58,115 nt of DNA, filler included, from Sphacelaria rigidula (GCA_964200075.2; 7 parts of 7 records of this genome joined end to end with filler, not necessarily neighbours in it); one strand, 5' to 3'; positions 24,548 to 37,803 are shown, counted from the whole stretch's first letter. Notes: generated by a model from the sequence alone, not told the origin. Made by a program: numbers and translations.

Positions 24548-24703
24548 TACTTGGTTTCAGTATCATCAATAAATACTCGGTTCCAGTGCGGTCAATCACT
24601 ACTTGGTTTCAGTGCGGTCAATAACTACTTGGTTTCAGTATCATCAATAAATACGCGGGTCGAGTGTGTTCAATAACTTCTGAATTTTAGTGTAATCACC
24701 ATC
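24548..24703. repeat. 26-bp minisatellite, ~6 units
   Basis: TACTTGGTTTCAGT(GCGG/ATCA)TCAATAA(C/A); units 1 and 4 identical; the last two are degenerate. Confidence 0.9.
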
Positions 24704-26484
24704 AATTTGCCACGGCCTCGCTGCGGTTGGATTACCCGTACTGTACCCCGTGCAATGTCCTGGCACTGTACATCACTTCCTATTACCCATGGTATTCAGG
24801 GGGTACCCACCCCTGGAAAGTACGGTAATGACCCCCCCCCCCCCCCCCCCCNNNNNNNNNNNNNNNNNNNNNNNNNNNNNNNNNNNNNNNNNNNNTTAAT
24901 TAATTAANNNNNNNNNNNNNNNNNNNNNNNNNNNNNNNNNNNNNNNNNNNNGGAGGTCTTCTGATTATGATGCCAAGCTTTTCTACTTTGTGAATGGCCC
25001 ATTGTGATGAGTATGGCAGTTTTGATGGACGATGAATGTCCCACTTTGCTGGTTAGGGTGTATTGACTTTGGACTGGACGTGGCCATGACGGTGAAGGTG
25101 GGCGTGGGCGTGGTGCATTTTCATTCCGCTATGAGCTCTGAAGAGGAACAACGGTTTTCAGAGTGAAGTGGTGCAAACAGCACTCTGACTCTGGAAAAAT
25201 CGCTCTGAAGAAAACTTCAAAGTGGAAAGTGCACCGTTACCGGCTATTTTTCCTTCCACTCTGACTACGATTTGAAAAAAGAAATTCCGAAACTCTATAC
25301 TATATATTATTTGTTTATAATATATATATAAATATATTTCAAGGAGCAGCACATATGCTATCTATATTACAATATACTACATATGATATTTATATTATAA
25401 TATAGATATATGTGTAAGTAACATTACCTCTAACCTCGGAAAACGAAGCGGGGTAATTCACCCGAATCTGAAAACAGTACACTTCGCAAACCCCTTCAGC
25501 TCCACGTCACCCTGCGACGTTTTTCATTTCTGAAAACATGATGAGATAGTGCAATGTTTTTCCATCACCGTTCACCTTCCACGAGGGCGAGATTCGACCT
25601 TCGACCCAAGCTGCCAGCGCCTCAAAGTATGCGCATAATAGGCCATACGCGGAGTTCTGATGGTGGCTCTGACACTTTGATTTTGAAAAACGGAAATTTG
25701 ATTACTTACACGGATACTGGATGAGCACTGGAGACACCAGAACTCAAAAAGAGCGTCACTGTTGGAGATGCTAGTCGGGGCCAAAATATATAGGTATTTC
25801 TTGCAAATAGTGTCATGGATCATCCTGGCGGAAAATCGCACAAGCCAATGAAATGAGAATGATCCGCCCAGTCGATCGGCGAAGAAGCGAATGGGCCGCC
25901 CGGTCGGTTGGGAAAAGAAGCGCAGAAGGCCATCTGCACCCATAACACGCACACGTCCCTGCTGCATTGCACCGCCGGTACGGTCTGTTCATCATTTATT
26001 TTCACTTCAAAACTGTGACAATGTGACAATACAACACAGATGACCCGCCCTGGGGGTGCCAGTCTGTATAGGTCGAGACAAAGTCGATCAAAAACGCACA
26101 GTAAAGTACAGAAGTGCAATGCTTTACATTACAGTACAGTGTTGTCTTCTTTCTCCCACCCATTGCGTTCATTCCGTATGTCCATGGGTATCACCAAGGA
26201 TCAGACTACACGAAACTCTCCGACACCACCATCCCTTCCTGCCTTCAGTTGCAAAAAACGTCCTTGGGCTGCGGTGGGGATTCATTTCTCAAGTAAATAG
26301 TTCGCCCATACAAACACAACTGACCCATCATGAGGTGGCTGATGTCTGTGCAAATAGACAAAGCCGAAGTGCACCGTACAATACAGTACAATCAGTACAG
26401 TACAGCGCAGATCCTGCCGCATTCCTCCCTTTTTTTGTGGGTATCGTCGATCGTCGAGTATCGGATTACTCCTTTGGAGATCGT

Positions 26485-26601
26485 CACTGGAGATGGTCGC
26501 CTCTTGCTACAAATAACCGGCTCTGAAGTTGAACTCTCTGAACACTGAGGTGGGTCCCCTCTTTCTACAAATAACCGGCTCTGAAGTTGAACTCTCTGAA
26601 C
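26485..26601. repeat. 58-bp tandem duplication
   Basis: CTACAAATAACCGGCTCTGAAGTTGAACTCTCTGAAC at 26507 and 26565. Confidence 0.9.
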
Positions 26602-27481
26602 TCCCTTTAGTTCGTCTGGGTTTTGTACTCATTTTTCAAGTTAAAAGTATGCCGATCCGACACATGCCCGACCCTGGGTTGAGTGGAGGGCGAGAGACAT
26701 TTGTTCGTGTATTCCCAATGTACAAGCTCAAGTCGCAGTGGGCGGAGGCTGTAGACGGTACGGCGAACATGGCGGTACCAATACAATCAACACTACAGAC
26801 GAAGAGGAGAGCACAATTCGGTCACCATGATGCTGTCTGCTCCAGTACATGCAATGCTTTTTACCTTGGCTTCCTTGTGCGGCTGTGTACACAAGCGGCG
26901 GAGCTTTCCTCAACAGAAAATTTATGAGGGTATCCTATTTCCACATGCGACGCACCGACGTAAAGTGACACGAAGGAACCAGAGGCGACCTAGGTCTGGG
27001 TCTGCTCATTGATGACAAGTCCCGTGGCTGGTGAAGGCCACGTGACTGGTGAAGGCCACGGGAGTGTGGTCTACATCAGAGAAGCGAGTGTCTTAGACAT
27101 TAACGAAGACGTCGGAGACGGGGCGGTCCGAATTGCTGTCGCTCAGACCCTTCCGAGATTCGACTGCTGCACCTCGCGTACAGGGTTCGAGAAATGTCAG
27201 TGAACGTTCAAAAACTACCTTCTAGATGGACACGGCGACTGTTTTTCCACTGTTAACGCTCCAGAGCTGTCCTTTCCATAAATTGTTCGTCAAATTTCGG
27301 AGAATCCTGTTTTTCGAATTTGCGAGATGGCTGTATACATGCAACACACTCACGTTGAGGCGGTAACCCGATCAGTTTTCCTTACAACGTAGCCGTCCGA
27401 GCAGTGAAAGCGTAAGCAAGAACAAAACAAATTGAAGCTTACCGCGCGGCGCTATTTTCTCAGGCCTTTCTTCGTTTCTTA

Positions 27482-27650
27482 GGCCAACTCTTATGGGAGC
27501 GTTTAGAATTTTATTTTGCAATAATTTAAAACGACTTCTTTTTTTTTGCCATAGTTATGTATTTGTGCCCGTTCACCATGAAGAGGAAAAAAAAAACTCC
27601 TCTGAAATTGTTGCAAAATACAATTTCAAACGCTCCCATAAGAGTTGGCC
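27482..27650. mobile_element. Tourist-like (PIF/Harbinger) MITE, 169 bp
   Basis: Perfect TIR GGCCAACTCTTATGGGAGCGTTT / AAACGCTCCCATAAGAGTTGGCC flanked by TTA on both sides. Confidence 0.85.
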
Positions 27651-28251
27651 TTAGCTTCGATTTCTCGGAGTTCGATGAACTTCGAAGTCGCAGTTTTTTC
27701 GTTTCGTTGTCTCTTTCTCGGTGAATTTAACTGCTGCCACGGCTCGGTGAATTCTGGGGCTAAATTTATTGTCTCTGTGCTGGCCGTCTATTTTAGCGTC
27801 ACAACAGTGTTCCGTTTGATTGGTTGAAGAAAATGCGGAAACGAACGGGTCAAACATTACGCCCTTACGGGATCTTCCATCTTCTACCCATCACATAAAA
27901 CATAGTTTCATACGTGATACAGATATCCAATCTTTGGCTCAACCTCTTGGTAGTAGTCATTGCCTTTACCATCTCCCAAATTAAATTACTTCCTTTCCAC
28001 GCCTATCGTGGAGGACGGGGCCGCCTATCGGCGGCCCCGTCCGATCCTTGTATATATAAATATATTAAGGAGCAGAAGCAAATATATAAACCCCGCGAAG
28101 CCCACCACACTTTTCGGGTTTCGTCAATGTTCATTGATAAATTTCTTAGAACAAAGTTGACAGAAAAATGCCCAGAACATCAGGACAATTTTCGAAAAAA
28201 TGCCCTCCGGGGGGGGGAGGGGGGGGCTACGTGTTCGAAAAATTTCTCCGC

Positions 28252-28600
28252 GCTGCTCCCTGATATACTCAGTAGATAACCTCGAGACCTTCTGACAGTT
28301 GGGTCGTGGGTTCGAACCTCGGTGCAGTCACACGATTTATCTGGGATGTTTTCTCACACTATGCCCAACAGTGGAGAGGGACTACGACGTGGGTACACAA
28401 AAATCGACTTCACGGTCGACGAGGGAAAGGAACCGCTCAACCCTTTCTCTACATGAAAAAGAGGCTAGCGCCGCAGAAGGGAGGAGAATGAAAACAAAAC
28501 AATGAAAAACTCCTGCGCTGACCCTTTTCCTGTGTGACCCCAGCAGATGCGCCCACGAATACTGAAAGGTGTAGACAACACACACACACTACTACTATCC
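28252..28600 (+). mobile_element. tRNA-derived SINE
   Basis: tRNA-like head: A-box-like TATACTCAGTAGA (28264), B box GGTTCGAACC (28309), T-arm CGTGG/CCTCG, acceptor-like GCTGC..GCAGT. Body is shared with 1-220 and ends in a (CA)n(CTA)n tail. Confidence 0.75.
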
Positions 28601-28904
28601 AATGTTCATGCAGTACAGTATACTCCGGACTGGGACTGGGGGTACGGTACTTGTATTCGATCCGTAGCAGGCCTTCGTTTAACCTACATGAACTGTATAT
28701 AAACAATAACATTTCTCATGATCCGCACTGCAATGCTCTTTGTACAACAAGGCACACGCCCCTCACTGTTGGAACACAGGCAGCATAATCTCGTTCGATT
28801 CCCGAACGTGGAGGAGACGGAATACTGAAACCAACTAGTCCGCTCCAGCACGTTGTCTCACCACATGGAGTACACGCGCAGACGTTGCGGGAGAAGTGAG
28901 GAAG

Positions 28905-29250
28905 CACACGCGGCCATTTTTCTACCCCCAAAATTTTTCCAAGTGGGTAAAATTTTCGAGCTTCCAGAGGAATTCAACGCCTCCAGAAGGGTGCGCGGCC
29001 TTCCAGAGGAGATATTTTTGTCTCGTTCAGAGGGATTTAACGCCTCCGGAGGCTTGTTTTTGCCTCTGGAGGGCCCCGCGCATACCCCCAATTTCTTTTC
29101 CTGCGGAGGGGTGCGCGACCCTCCGGGTCGGTAGTGTTTGGTTTCCTCCAGAGGGATTTAAGGCCTCGGGAGGCTTGTTTTGCCTCTGGAGGGCCAGGGC
29201 CGCGCATCCCTCCGGGGGCATTTAGGGGGGTAGCCAAATGACCGCGTGTG
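28905..29250. mobile_element. CACTA/EnSpm-like MITE with internal CCTCCAGAGG repeats
   Basis: TIRs CACACGCGGCCATTTTTCTACCCCC / GGGGGTAGCCAAATGACCGCGTGTG; AG on both flanks (2-bp TSD); internal direct repeats CAGAGGGATTTAA.GCCTC.GGAGGCTTGTTTTGCCTCTGGAGGGCC. Confidence 0.7.
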
Positions 29251-29679
29251 AGGCTTCCCTCCGATTTTTTTTTCGGTCGATCGTGAATTCATACCCCCAT
29301 CTTATACTAACATACATGTTATGAACACTGCTTACTGTACACAGAAACGACGATTTCCCGCAAATTGAATAGTTCTTCGAGACTAAAGCATGCGCCCAAG
29401 CACCCCGATGAACAACATCTAGGCCCAGTTAACTTTTTTCCCGATCGTCATTTATTTTGTCCTCCAGTCCACAAAATTACATGTTATGGGCGCCACTGCA
29501 CTGCATATGAAACAAAAATATTTTCTACGAATGAAACAACTCAAGCCATAAGCACGCGCTGAAGCCCCAAATAAATATCTACTACACCTCCCACTTGTAC
29601 AGTCAGCAGATGTTGACAGTCAACACCCCGAGCGTACAGTCACACGAGACCGCTCGCGTTCCACATCCGAAAACAATCT

Positions 29680-30080
29680 GACATTTTCTGATACCGGTGC
29701 CACTACCCGAGTACAAACAGGCAATAGTACGTATCTCATAGGCCTCCGGGGCAACTTGGAACCGGCGAACTTACCTACCTCTGTCGCCGAATGTCTTCGC
29801 CTGTTACCAAACGCCACCGTCGCAGCCATCCCGAATGCCGAAAGGCAACTTCTCTCATTTATGTACACTCCCCCAATTCGACGATTTCTGTTGCTGGTGC
29901 CATTTCTCGAGTACAAGCAGGCTATAGTACGTTTCTCGTAGACTTGCGGGGCAACTTGGAACCGGTGAGCGTACCTACCTTTGTCGCCGAATGTCTTCGA
30001 CTGTTACCAAATGCCACCATCGCAGCCATCCCGAATACCGAAATGCAAGTTATCTTATCTATGTACAATCTCCCCATCGG
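29680..30080. repeat. 200-bp tandem duplication
   Basis: GCAACTTGGAACCGG at 29751 and 29951; units colinear throughout. Confidence 0.9.
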
Positions 30081-32959
30081 GGCTATAGCCGAATGCCCTG
30101 CTGTTTCAGTTCACCACCTATCTGAGACCACGTTACAGTCGTCCTCACAGTCAGCTATTCTACGTAAGCTTGTATGTACTTCACTCCGGTATCAACGCCA
30201 TTCGTACAGTATCGACCTTTCCATGCATTCGGTACATCGTGGTCGCCGTGTAAAACACCAACGCGAGCGGGTGTTCGTCCGCATTTCGTCTACGCGTATA
30301 CTCGTGAAACGGTATGAATTTCATGAGGTATCCATAACCCGGCGCTCCGCCAGCTTCTTCTCCCTCAACTTCTTTCCTTCAGAGAAGTGTGTGGCTCTCC
30401 TCTGCATTTGTGCTTTGCCGCTCGCGAGGGTAGCTTTGACAGCAGAGCGATCGCGAGGATTGGTCTGCTTCTTGACCGATGTCGTCGCCAGCACATTCGG
30501 GTTGGAAGTCCGGTCCGCAAGTGCTCCGAGGACTTCACATTGACAAAAAGCCGCGGAGGAGGGAGACAGAGAGGGTGTGAGAGAACGTGTGATGCAGGGT
30601 CCGTGGTACCAGCAATTACAGTACTTATATATTGCGTAGTCATCACGACTAAATATCGTGAAGGCACGCCTTGTGGTAGTGCTAGCCGCCACCCGCAATC
30701 AAAATTGCGCAAGACTTGAACAACAACTTCTCCGTTGTTTGAGGTACTCTTTCACACGAGTCAAGTGCCAGATGCGGGTTGTGGTGATTTGGTACAAGAT
30801 ACTGTATAGTGTCTCAATTTCGATGTTACTTGTGGCATTCTCAAGGGGTAAGTCGCAACCCAACAACTACGACGTTGAGATAACGGTACACTGCTTCACT
30901 CGGTTTTGACCATTTTGTAAGCGAATGGTTTCTGCACAAAACGGTACAGTTCGAAACAAAATGTTGCGACAGAGACAAGTGACTGTCAGAAACCTGCTCA
31001 TGCACACGTGAGCTCGAGATACTACGTAAAGTAAGGCGTCCAAATTGGACCCGCTGAGTGTACCTGGCTTGATCGGCTGCACACGTCCAGAGTAAGGCTT
31101 AAACTTGAACCCTTCCCGCTTTCCGGGACCAGAACTCAAACTGAAAGCTTTTACCTGCGCAGCGAAGATGGGATCCGCACGATCAAAGCAAGTAGATGCA
31201 GGCATGGTTTAACTCAGCGGTAGGGATCAACCCGTAGACGGCACTGGAGCAGATGGCGTAGGGCTGGTCAGACAGTTTTTGAAGCAACTTGTGGAGTGCT
31301 CCAGGTAGCTCGTCTACTACGTGCTTCTTCACACTTCCATGGCGAATCGCAATGGACAAGAGTGGATGGCGTACCTGCGTTGGCTTTCTGGTGCTCGGCT
31401 TGATCACGAGCGTACAGGGCTTGCTTGCAACGGTTTTTCCTTTCTTCACTCGCGCTAGACCAGATCCCGCAGACGAAATAGCACCGGAAGCAGAACTGCT
31501 CGCCAGTGCCCTTGCGATGGTCTTCGATGCAACTTGAGTCTTGCTTGCAGCCCGCGTATTTGATGTGTTTTCCTTGTCAATACCTGGGTATGGAGATTGT
31601 CAAGCCGCATATTATTTACTGCTTGCTCAACGTCACACTCTGACTCTGCCGATCTGGGACGTATTGTACCCGGCTTTATTCTATGAAGCACAACAGGGTC
31701 GTAGAATGTACAACTAACGGTCACTCGAGGTTTGCTGCTACGCATCTGCCAATATTCACACGTGTTGGCGTACTATCTGCGTCTTGTCGAGGACCGGAGC
31801 CTGTATGGATGGGATGGCCCGTGCATTGGGCCAAGCAGGGGGGCACGACAAGGGTGTTCAAGTGGGCGAGAGTTCCACACTACCCCGGGTATGTGCGATG
31901 CCCCGGGAGCCCGCACCGCATGGAAATCGCACTAGTCGGGAACAGAACTGGGCAAATTGATTCTCCTACCTCCTTGCAGGGGCTAAAAAAATGGAGAATA
32001 ACCCGTGTGAAGTATATAGTGCCGGATGGTGAGGCCAAGGTGATGGATGCTATACATGAACGATACCGGGTGTAGAGCATGGTTCTGCTGTGTGTGGGAG
32101 ATTTCAGGACGCAAAAGGATTCAGGACACTCAGCCTGCACGGCTTTGCGTTACGTCGGGTAGGAGGAAACGCAACCAAACATCTACACAGACAAGCATGT
32201 GTTAAATCTATGCCTGCGAAAGAACATTCGTATGTTAAAATCAAGTCATCAATGTTGGCACTGGTGCATGTAGACTCACAATTACCACTTCGCCGTCCAG
32301 GGGTTACAGTGACGCACCTGACTTTTGGGGGGTTCGACCGTAGGCCTCTATTGAACGTTGGCCAGCGAAGAGGTTCTGATGAGCACGCTCAAATCTGGAA
32401 GAAGGGCTTGCCTTCTGCGTTGACACCGGGCTGGGACGGTTTGCGACTGATGCCGAATGTTTCGCTCGACTCGGTGTTACTCCAGGTGCGACCGTTTCCT
32501 GGGTTTTCCAAGTCGTTGAAGAGATTTCATCACAAGTCGGGTAAGCGCAGTAGGTGAGAATATATTCGACGCACGAAAGACAGCATTAGTAAGGTAGCCC
32601 CAAAGTCGATGGCGCTACAATAGTGAATGTCATCTCACCCAACGACCCAGTACATTTCCTTCGGTTGAACTCACCGCATGACCTAGTGCAACACCTTAGA
32701 TACGTGCGTACTGAAAAGCATGATAAAACTCACCAACAAACGACGCCGATAATTGTTGGTTGCTGTGTCCGGCAGAGTCACACCATTCATTAGTGCTGCC
32801 GCCGAGGACTTTGCAGTCTGCTCTCCGTCGGTCTCAACCTATAACGCGTAGAGTGAACACGGCCAGATCATCACAATTACAACGCCGCTGAGAGACCGAC
32901 AGCTGATGTATTCACGTGGCGCTCAGGGCCTTTCTTAACGAAGGGGATGATTCCCTTCT

Positions 32960-33131
32960 TCAAAATCCCCTTTTTCAAAATCCCTTTTTTCAAAAACGAC
33001 CAGTGATTGGTCGCTGCGATACTACCCCCTCCGAAAAATTCCCTCAACGTGCACAGAAATCCCCTCTCCAGAGGGGATTTCAGGGAGTGCAAAAACACTT
33101 CCTGAAATCCCCTTTTCAAAAGGGGATTTCC
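32960..33131. repeat. AAATCCCC/GGGGATTT direct and palindromic motifs, probably transposon subterminal repeats
   Basis: AAAATCCCCTTTTTC x2, AAATCCCCTCTCCAGAGGGGATTT, GAAATCCCCTTTTCAAAAGGGGATTTC. Confidence 0.6.
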
Positions 33132-33268
33132 GGACACCTCGAAGAGGAACATACGTATCCGGTTAACANNNNNNNNNNNNNNNNNNNNNNNNNNNNNNNN
33201 NNNNNNNNNNNNTTAATTAATTAANNNNNNNNNNNNNNNNNNNNNNNNNNNNNNNNNNNNNNNNNNNN

Positions 33269-33345
33269 GCTCCGTCCCGGCATTGTTGGGATGTGAGATC
33301 GATGGTCTTTTGACTATGGCATGCATGATCATGAGTACACCCCCC
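33269..33345 (-). repeat. ~130-bp dispersed repeat, copy 3 (truncated at contig start)
   Basis: GCTCCGTCCCGGC...GATCATGAGTACACCCCCC matches 23337-23410. Confidence 0.8.
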
Positions 33346-35089
33346 GACACACACACTCCCAAAGAGTACCCCCAAAAACATCGCTTCTTCACAAGTAATT
33401 GTTTTGACGCCTCGAACGAGAACATCAACGTCCCGTTGACAGGAGGCAGATGCAAAGCCTTGACAGATAATTAAAAATGACCAATGACCAGTGGTGTCCC
33501 TTCACAGTGATATGGAGGCGGTAATTTTGAAGGTCAGTGCCCAAATACAGCGCACCTGGCGTCTGATGATCCTGAAAGTACACGAATGTGCAGCTTGAAG
33601 CCGTACAGTATGTACGTGTTGACGGAGCAGTTTCGGCGACCCAAGGCGTTCTGTGCGTTGCGTAGCTTGAAAGGATGATTATGCACGATGCTCAACTTTT
33701 GCGAAACATTTTTACAACTTTCTAATAACAATTTTAGCGCGAAACGATATCAAATCCGCGCGGAGGCAGCGACAGATCTCGCCAGCATTGTTGTTTGCGT
33801 CGGTCGTTGATCGGTCGACGGTGGAAGTGACACCGAAAACAATCGCCAGTCAGGTTTTGTCATATGTTAGAGGCAGGTACCCTTCGGTTTCATATGCTGT
33901 CTAGCGCAAGATGCGACCGTACAAGCTAGCCGAAGAAGGGGGTGTCTTATGCCAAGGACCACCGTAAGATGTTCGGCAAGGGGGCAATGTCTCGTTACAG
34001 ACAGTGCCAGACTTATACTGTCTGATACCACGGCGGCCTGACGATAAACGGGGCTGTAGCTGTGGTCTTTTTCATCAGAATCGGCCTGAAATCCTAACGC
34101 ACAGCGCTCGCAACGTGAATGTACTGAGCTTTTCCGCACATGCACTTGATCGACGTTTTGCAGAGGTTTTTACCTTGCACGACACTTCGTGGCTCAAGTG
34201 TCAGCACCAATATTTTGTCATGGGTGGGAATGGGGGGCCGGTTTTGGGTACTATATTTCGGGAAATTGAATCGCGAACGCTATGTGCGTAAGAACTGGAC
34301 CGTAATCAGGCGAATCATATCAATCAAAAATACATTCATCACCTGAAAACAACGACCTGGCTCATATGAAATCTACTAAAAACATGGTACATATCTTCAA
34401 GCCTGTGAGTGGTCTGTGTTGAGATCATAGTGTTACTCCAGATAAGTCGCTCCAGATCAGTGGGTGGAAACTCTTGGTGCACTGGTGTCCAGCTACTGTA
34501 CCACTCGGGAAGCACACGCCGCTAAGCTGAGTGATGCTACGGTAGGGGTGCACAAATATTTTCCGAGGTAAAATTGTTAGGAGCACTTGATCTCATGCAA
34601 AATAACACTTTTAAAAATATGTAAAAGTACGCCAGGATTACTACTCCAATGTGCTGGGGATATCCCGACTGAATTTGTAAACGGGGATGCCCTGACCCAT
34701 ATCGTCCTTCCCTTGTCCAAAAAATAAAATCCAACCAAGCATTCAACCATCCGTCCTCAAACAACCTTTAATTAATCAATTAATTAATTTCTTCTTGTGC
34801 ATCTAGAATCGTTAGGAGCCCCTGAACTAGACAATATTTCGCGAAAAAAGTGTACCTCTACCGTAGCATTGCTCAGCTGCCACCCCACGTTTACCGCCAT
34901 GGCGAAGATCACAAGACGAGAACACGAACAGCAGCAGGTGTGACCGCCACACGCCAACGTGAAAGCAGTGAAAGGCATGCATGACACAGTGCTAGAACGA
35001 GACAGTACGGAAATTTGGAGACCACGAGCAGCAGCGTCGCGTATGTGAAAACTACTGGGAACGATGTTGATGATGTTGACGATCAAGAG

Positions 35090-36430
35090 GTTCAAGCTGT
35101 GCGGATTGACTGCGCGCTGCATGTCCTACGTATCGCTGTGACTGCGAGATTGGAGAGTGTGCATTTTTTGTGGACCCCATGGGGTCAGGGTCATGACATG
35201 AGTGGAAGGAATCCTATCTTGTCAGTCGCTCGGGCACGGTCTGGTACACTCTGTCCAAATAAACATCTTCAACGTCAATTTTCCCGTTATTTCAAAATCT
35301 CGTAAGAGACGAAGCTGGACAACGTGACTAGAAAAATTGTGAGGCCGGCAGAGACGAGTTGGATGGTGATGTGCGAGGGGGCGACGCTCGTCAAATGAGG
35401 TGAATTGGTCAGTCACCGACTGCGCTCTTCCCGCCTGTATAGTGTCCCGTTCAAACAGCAAGTTGGCTAAAGTCGCAAAGCTTGTATGTTCTTTGCAGTA
35501 TGTATAGGCAGTCACGTGAAACATCGTTGCTCTGCCGACCCGGTCATACATGGCCGGTGCGTCATCGAAAATCTAGACGCCTTGGGTTCTGCCTCGAAAC
35601 CGTCTGCTACAAGACAGCCGTATTTCATCTGTGAACACGTCCTCTGGAAGTCAAGGGATAAAAGGGTGTTCGCTAATGATACGTGAGGTTGTCTTTTGTG
35701 CACATCCCCACAGGACAGAGCAGCACATGGCGGACCGCCACCAAAGCAAATGTCATGACATTGATCGGTGCCAAAAATAATATTTGGTCGAAGTTGCAAG
35801 TTGGCGCAAGTCGCATAGCTCACGTATTATTTGCAGTATGTACAGGCAGTCGCTTGAAACATCGTGGCTCTGNNNNNNNNNNGGTCATACATAGTGCGCA
35901 GTATAAAATAAAAATCGCTCTTCGCGCCTTGGCTTCTCCGCTGGAACCCTCGGACACAATAGCCGAAGTGCATGTGTGACCTCGCCCTCTGCAACTCAAT
36001 ACATGAAGGATACTCGCTGTTGGAAGGAAAATTTCCCCTTTGTACACAGTCGTACAGAACGAAGCAGCCCCTCGTGGCACGCCACGAAGTGAAATGCCGT
36101 CACAAATTACTCGCCACAAGAAAAAAAGCGCGCAGTTCAAAATGAAGCCTGTCGAACGTCGCACAGTATATACAGACGTTACTAAGTACATGACCACAGT
36201 CGCCGGCAGATGTAAGGCAGTACACATACTGAAATCGCTCTCGACGCCTTGGCTTCTGCACCGGAGCCCTGACACAAAGCAGCCGCCAGGTTTGTGTTCT
36301 TTCCGTGGACTTTCCCCGTGCAATTTGACACTTGGAAGGATGCTCGCTGTTGAAAGGCGAAGTTGCCCTCTGTGCATAGCCGCACAGAACAAAGCAGCGC
36401 CTGGCGGCACGCAACTAAACTGCATGTCGT
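35090..36430 (-). pseudogene. Frameshifted Cys/His-rich repeat gene, possibly EsV-1-7-like
   Basis: Three ~320-345-bp tandem units (35459-36430) translate on the minus strand to repeated F.xPPGAAxFCxxxHK/R, GxxAExKAxR and YCKEH motifs. Confidence 0.35.
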
Positions 36431-37658
36431 GACAACTTGCTTACGGCAAGGAAAAAAACATGCGCACCGTTTTTCTGGAGTTTGCCATCTTCGACCTCGG
36501 AAGACGCTACTGGTCCTCAACCCAAAAGTGCCGATCGCGCAACGCTTAGATCTCGGCAACGAAGCGGAGGATTGGACTGCGTTTTCATTCGTGCGCTTCC
36601 CACACACCCAAGCTAGGTCACCGAGTTACATTTTTGCGTTTGCGCATGATGCTAAGCCGCAACAAACCCAAATATACAAAAATAAGATGTTTTCGGCTTC
36701 GGGGGGGTCACCCGGTCCGCTGTCGCAACTTGAGCGAAATGTGTAGTCAGAATCCCTAGCTGTTGGGTAAATGCGGGGGGCTGTGAAGTGCCGTGGGTCG
36801 GCTTGCTTCCTGTGTCGAGAAACGTGCGATCTCAAGTGCTACAGCTGTCCCATACTACACCACGTTAATAAGTGATGAAGCGTGTATTCTGTTCGTGAGG
36901 GCCTCGACAAATATGCGACCACCTACTGACGTGTTCATTATTCCTCCGCGTTATTTTTTTTTTTAGTTTGACGTCGATTTTTCGCCCTGAAACCCCCCAT
37001 TCCCACCCATAAATGTAGTATATCCATTGTTGCCCCCATCAAACAAGCTTGATGCTGCTTCTAATTCTGCTACTGCATATCTTTGTCCTCTCCTTCTTTC
37101 CCCATATTTCTCTCTCCTTGTGTGCCCTTTTCTCTCAGTGTCTATGCAAGTGGCAGTTTGGTGCCTCGCTTCCGTAAGGTTCATGGATGACAGCTTGATA
37201 TAGAAAATACCGAGGCCGAAGTAGATTATCTGTTCCCGCCGCTTTCGTTTTTCACGACTGGGTTTGTGGTTTTTGCGGAAGACCTTCTCCACCAAAGTCA
37301 TGTTGCAGAGGCCGGCAAATCTCTATCTCCTTGTCTCTTTTTTTTCTCCGTTTTTTCACTTCCTTGTTCCCTCTTTTGTTTTGTCTTGCTCTATTCCTTC
37401 TTTTTTTCCCCACCCGTTTGTTTTCTTCACTTTTCTTCAGTTTCCACCTTGTCTTCATCTCGGGCATGTCTCATCATGTGACCACACCTGAATCCCTGGG
37501 GAATCAGTTGAGGTTGGACGATCAATTAGTCGAATCTATGATGCGGAAGACAACCTATCGGACAAAACTGTAGTGTACTGCTTTTTTTAACCACGCGTGT
37601 CTTCCTTCATTTTCTTGTCCTCCACCCTGGTGGTGTGCTCTGCACAACAACATTGCAG

Positions 37659-37803
37659 CACGACAAAGATACGGTGGTACTATTTCGAGCCTGCTGTCAG
37701 CACCTGGGTCCTCACGCAGCCACCACGGGGAGCTTCCGAGGAAGCCCTTGCTACGAGAAGGACAGCACGCGCATGATGTGGTTTGACACTAGCTTTCTGG
37801 TCT
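37659..37803 (+). CDS. DUF4291-like protein, internal exon A
   Basis: TTGCAG acceptor, GTAAGT donor (phase 1); HDKDTVVLFRAC...RMMWFDTSFL resembles YDxxTIxVYQAY...RMTWIKPSFL. Confidence 0.8.

Noticed and set aside
24548-24703. 26-bp repeats as CRISPR
   Set aside because: Head-to-tail units without spacers
28252-28330. Functional tRNA gene
   Set aside because: No well-formed D or anticodon arm; continues into a dispersed repeat body
29791-30543. 250-aa ORF over the 200-bp duplication
   Set aside because: A period of 200 is not a multiple of three and the translation has no recognisable features
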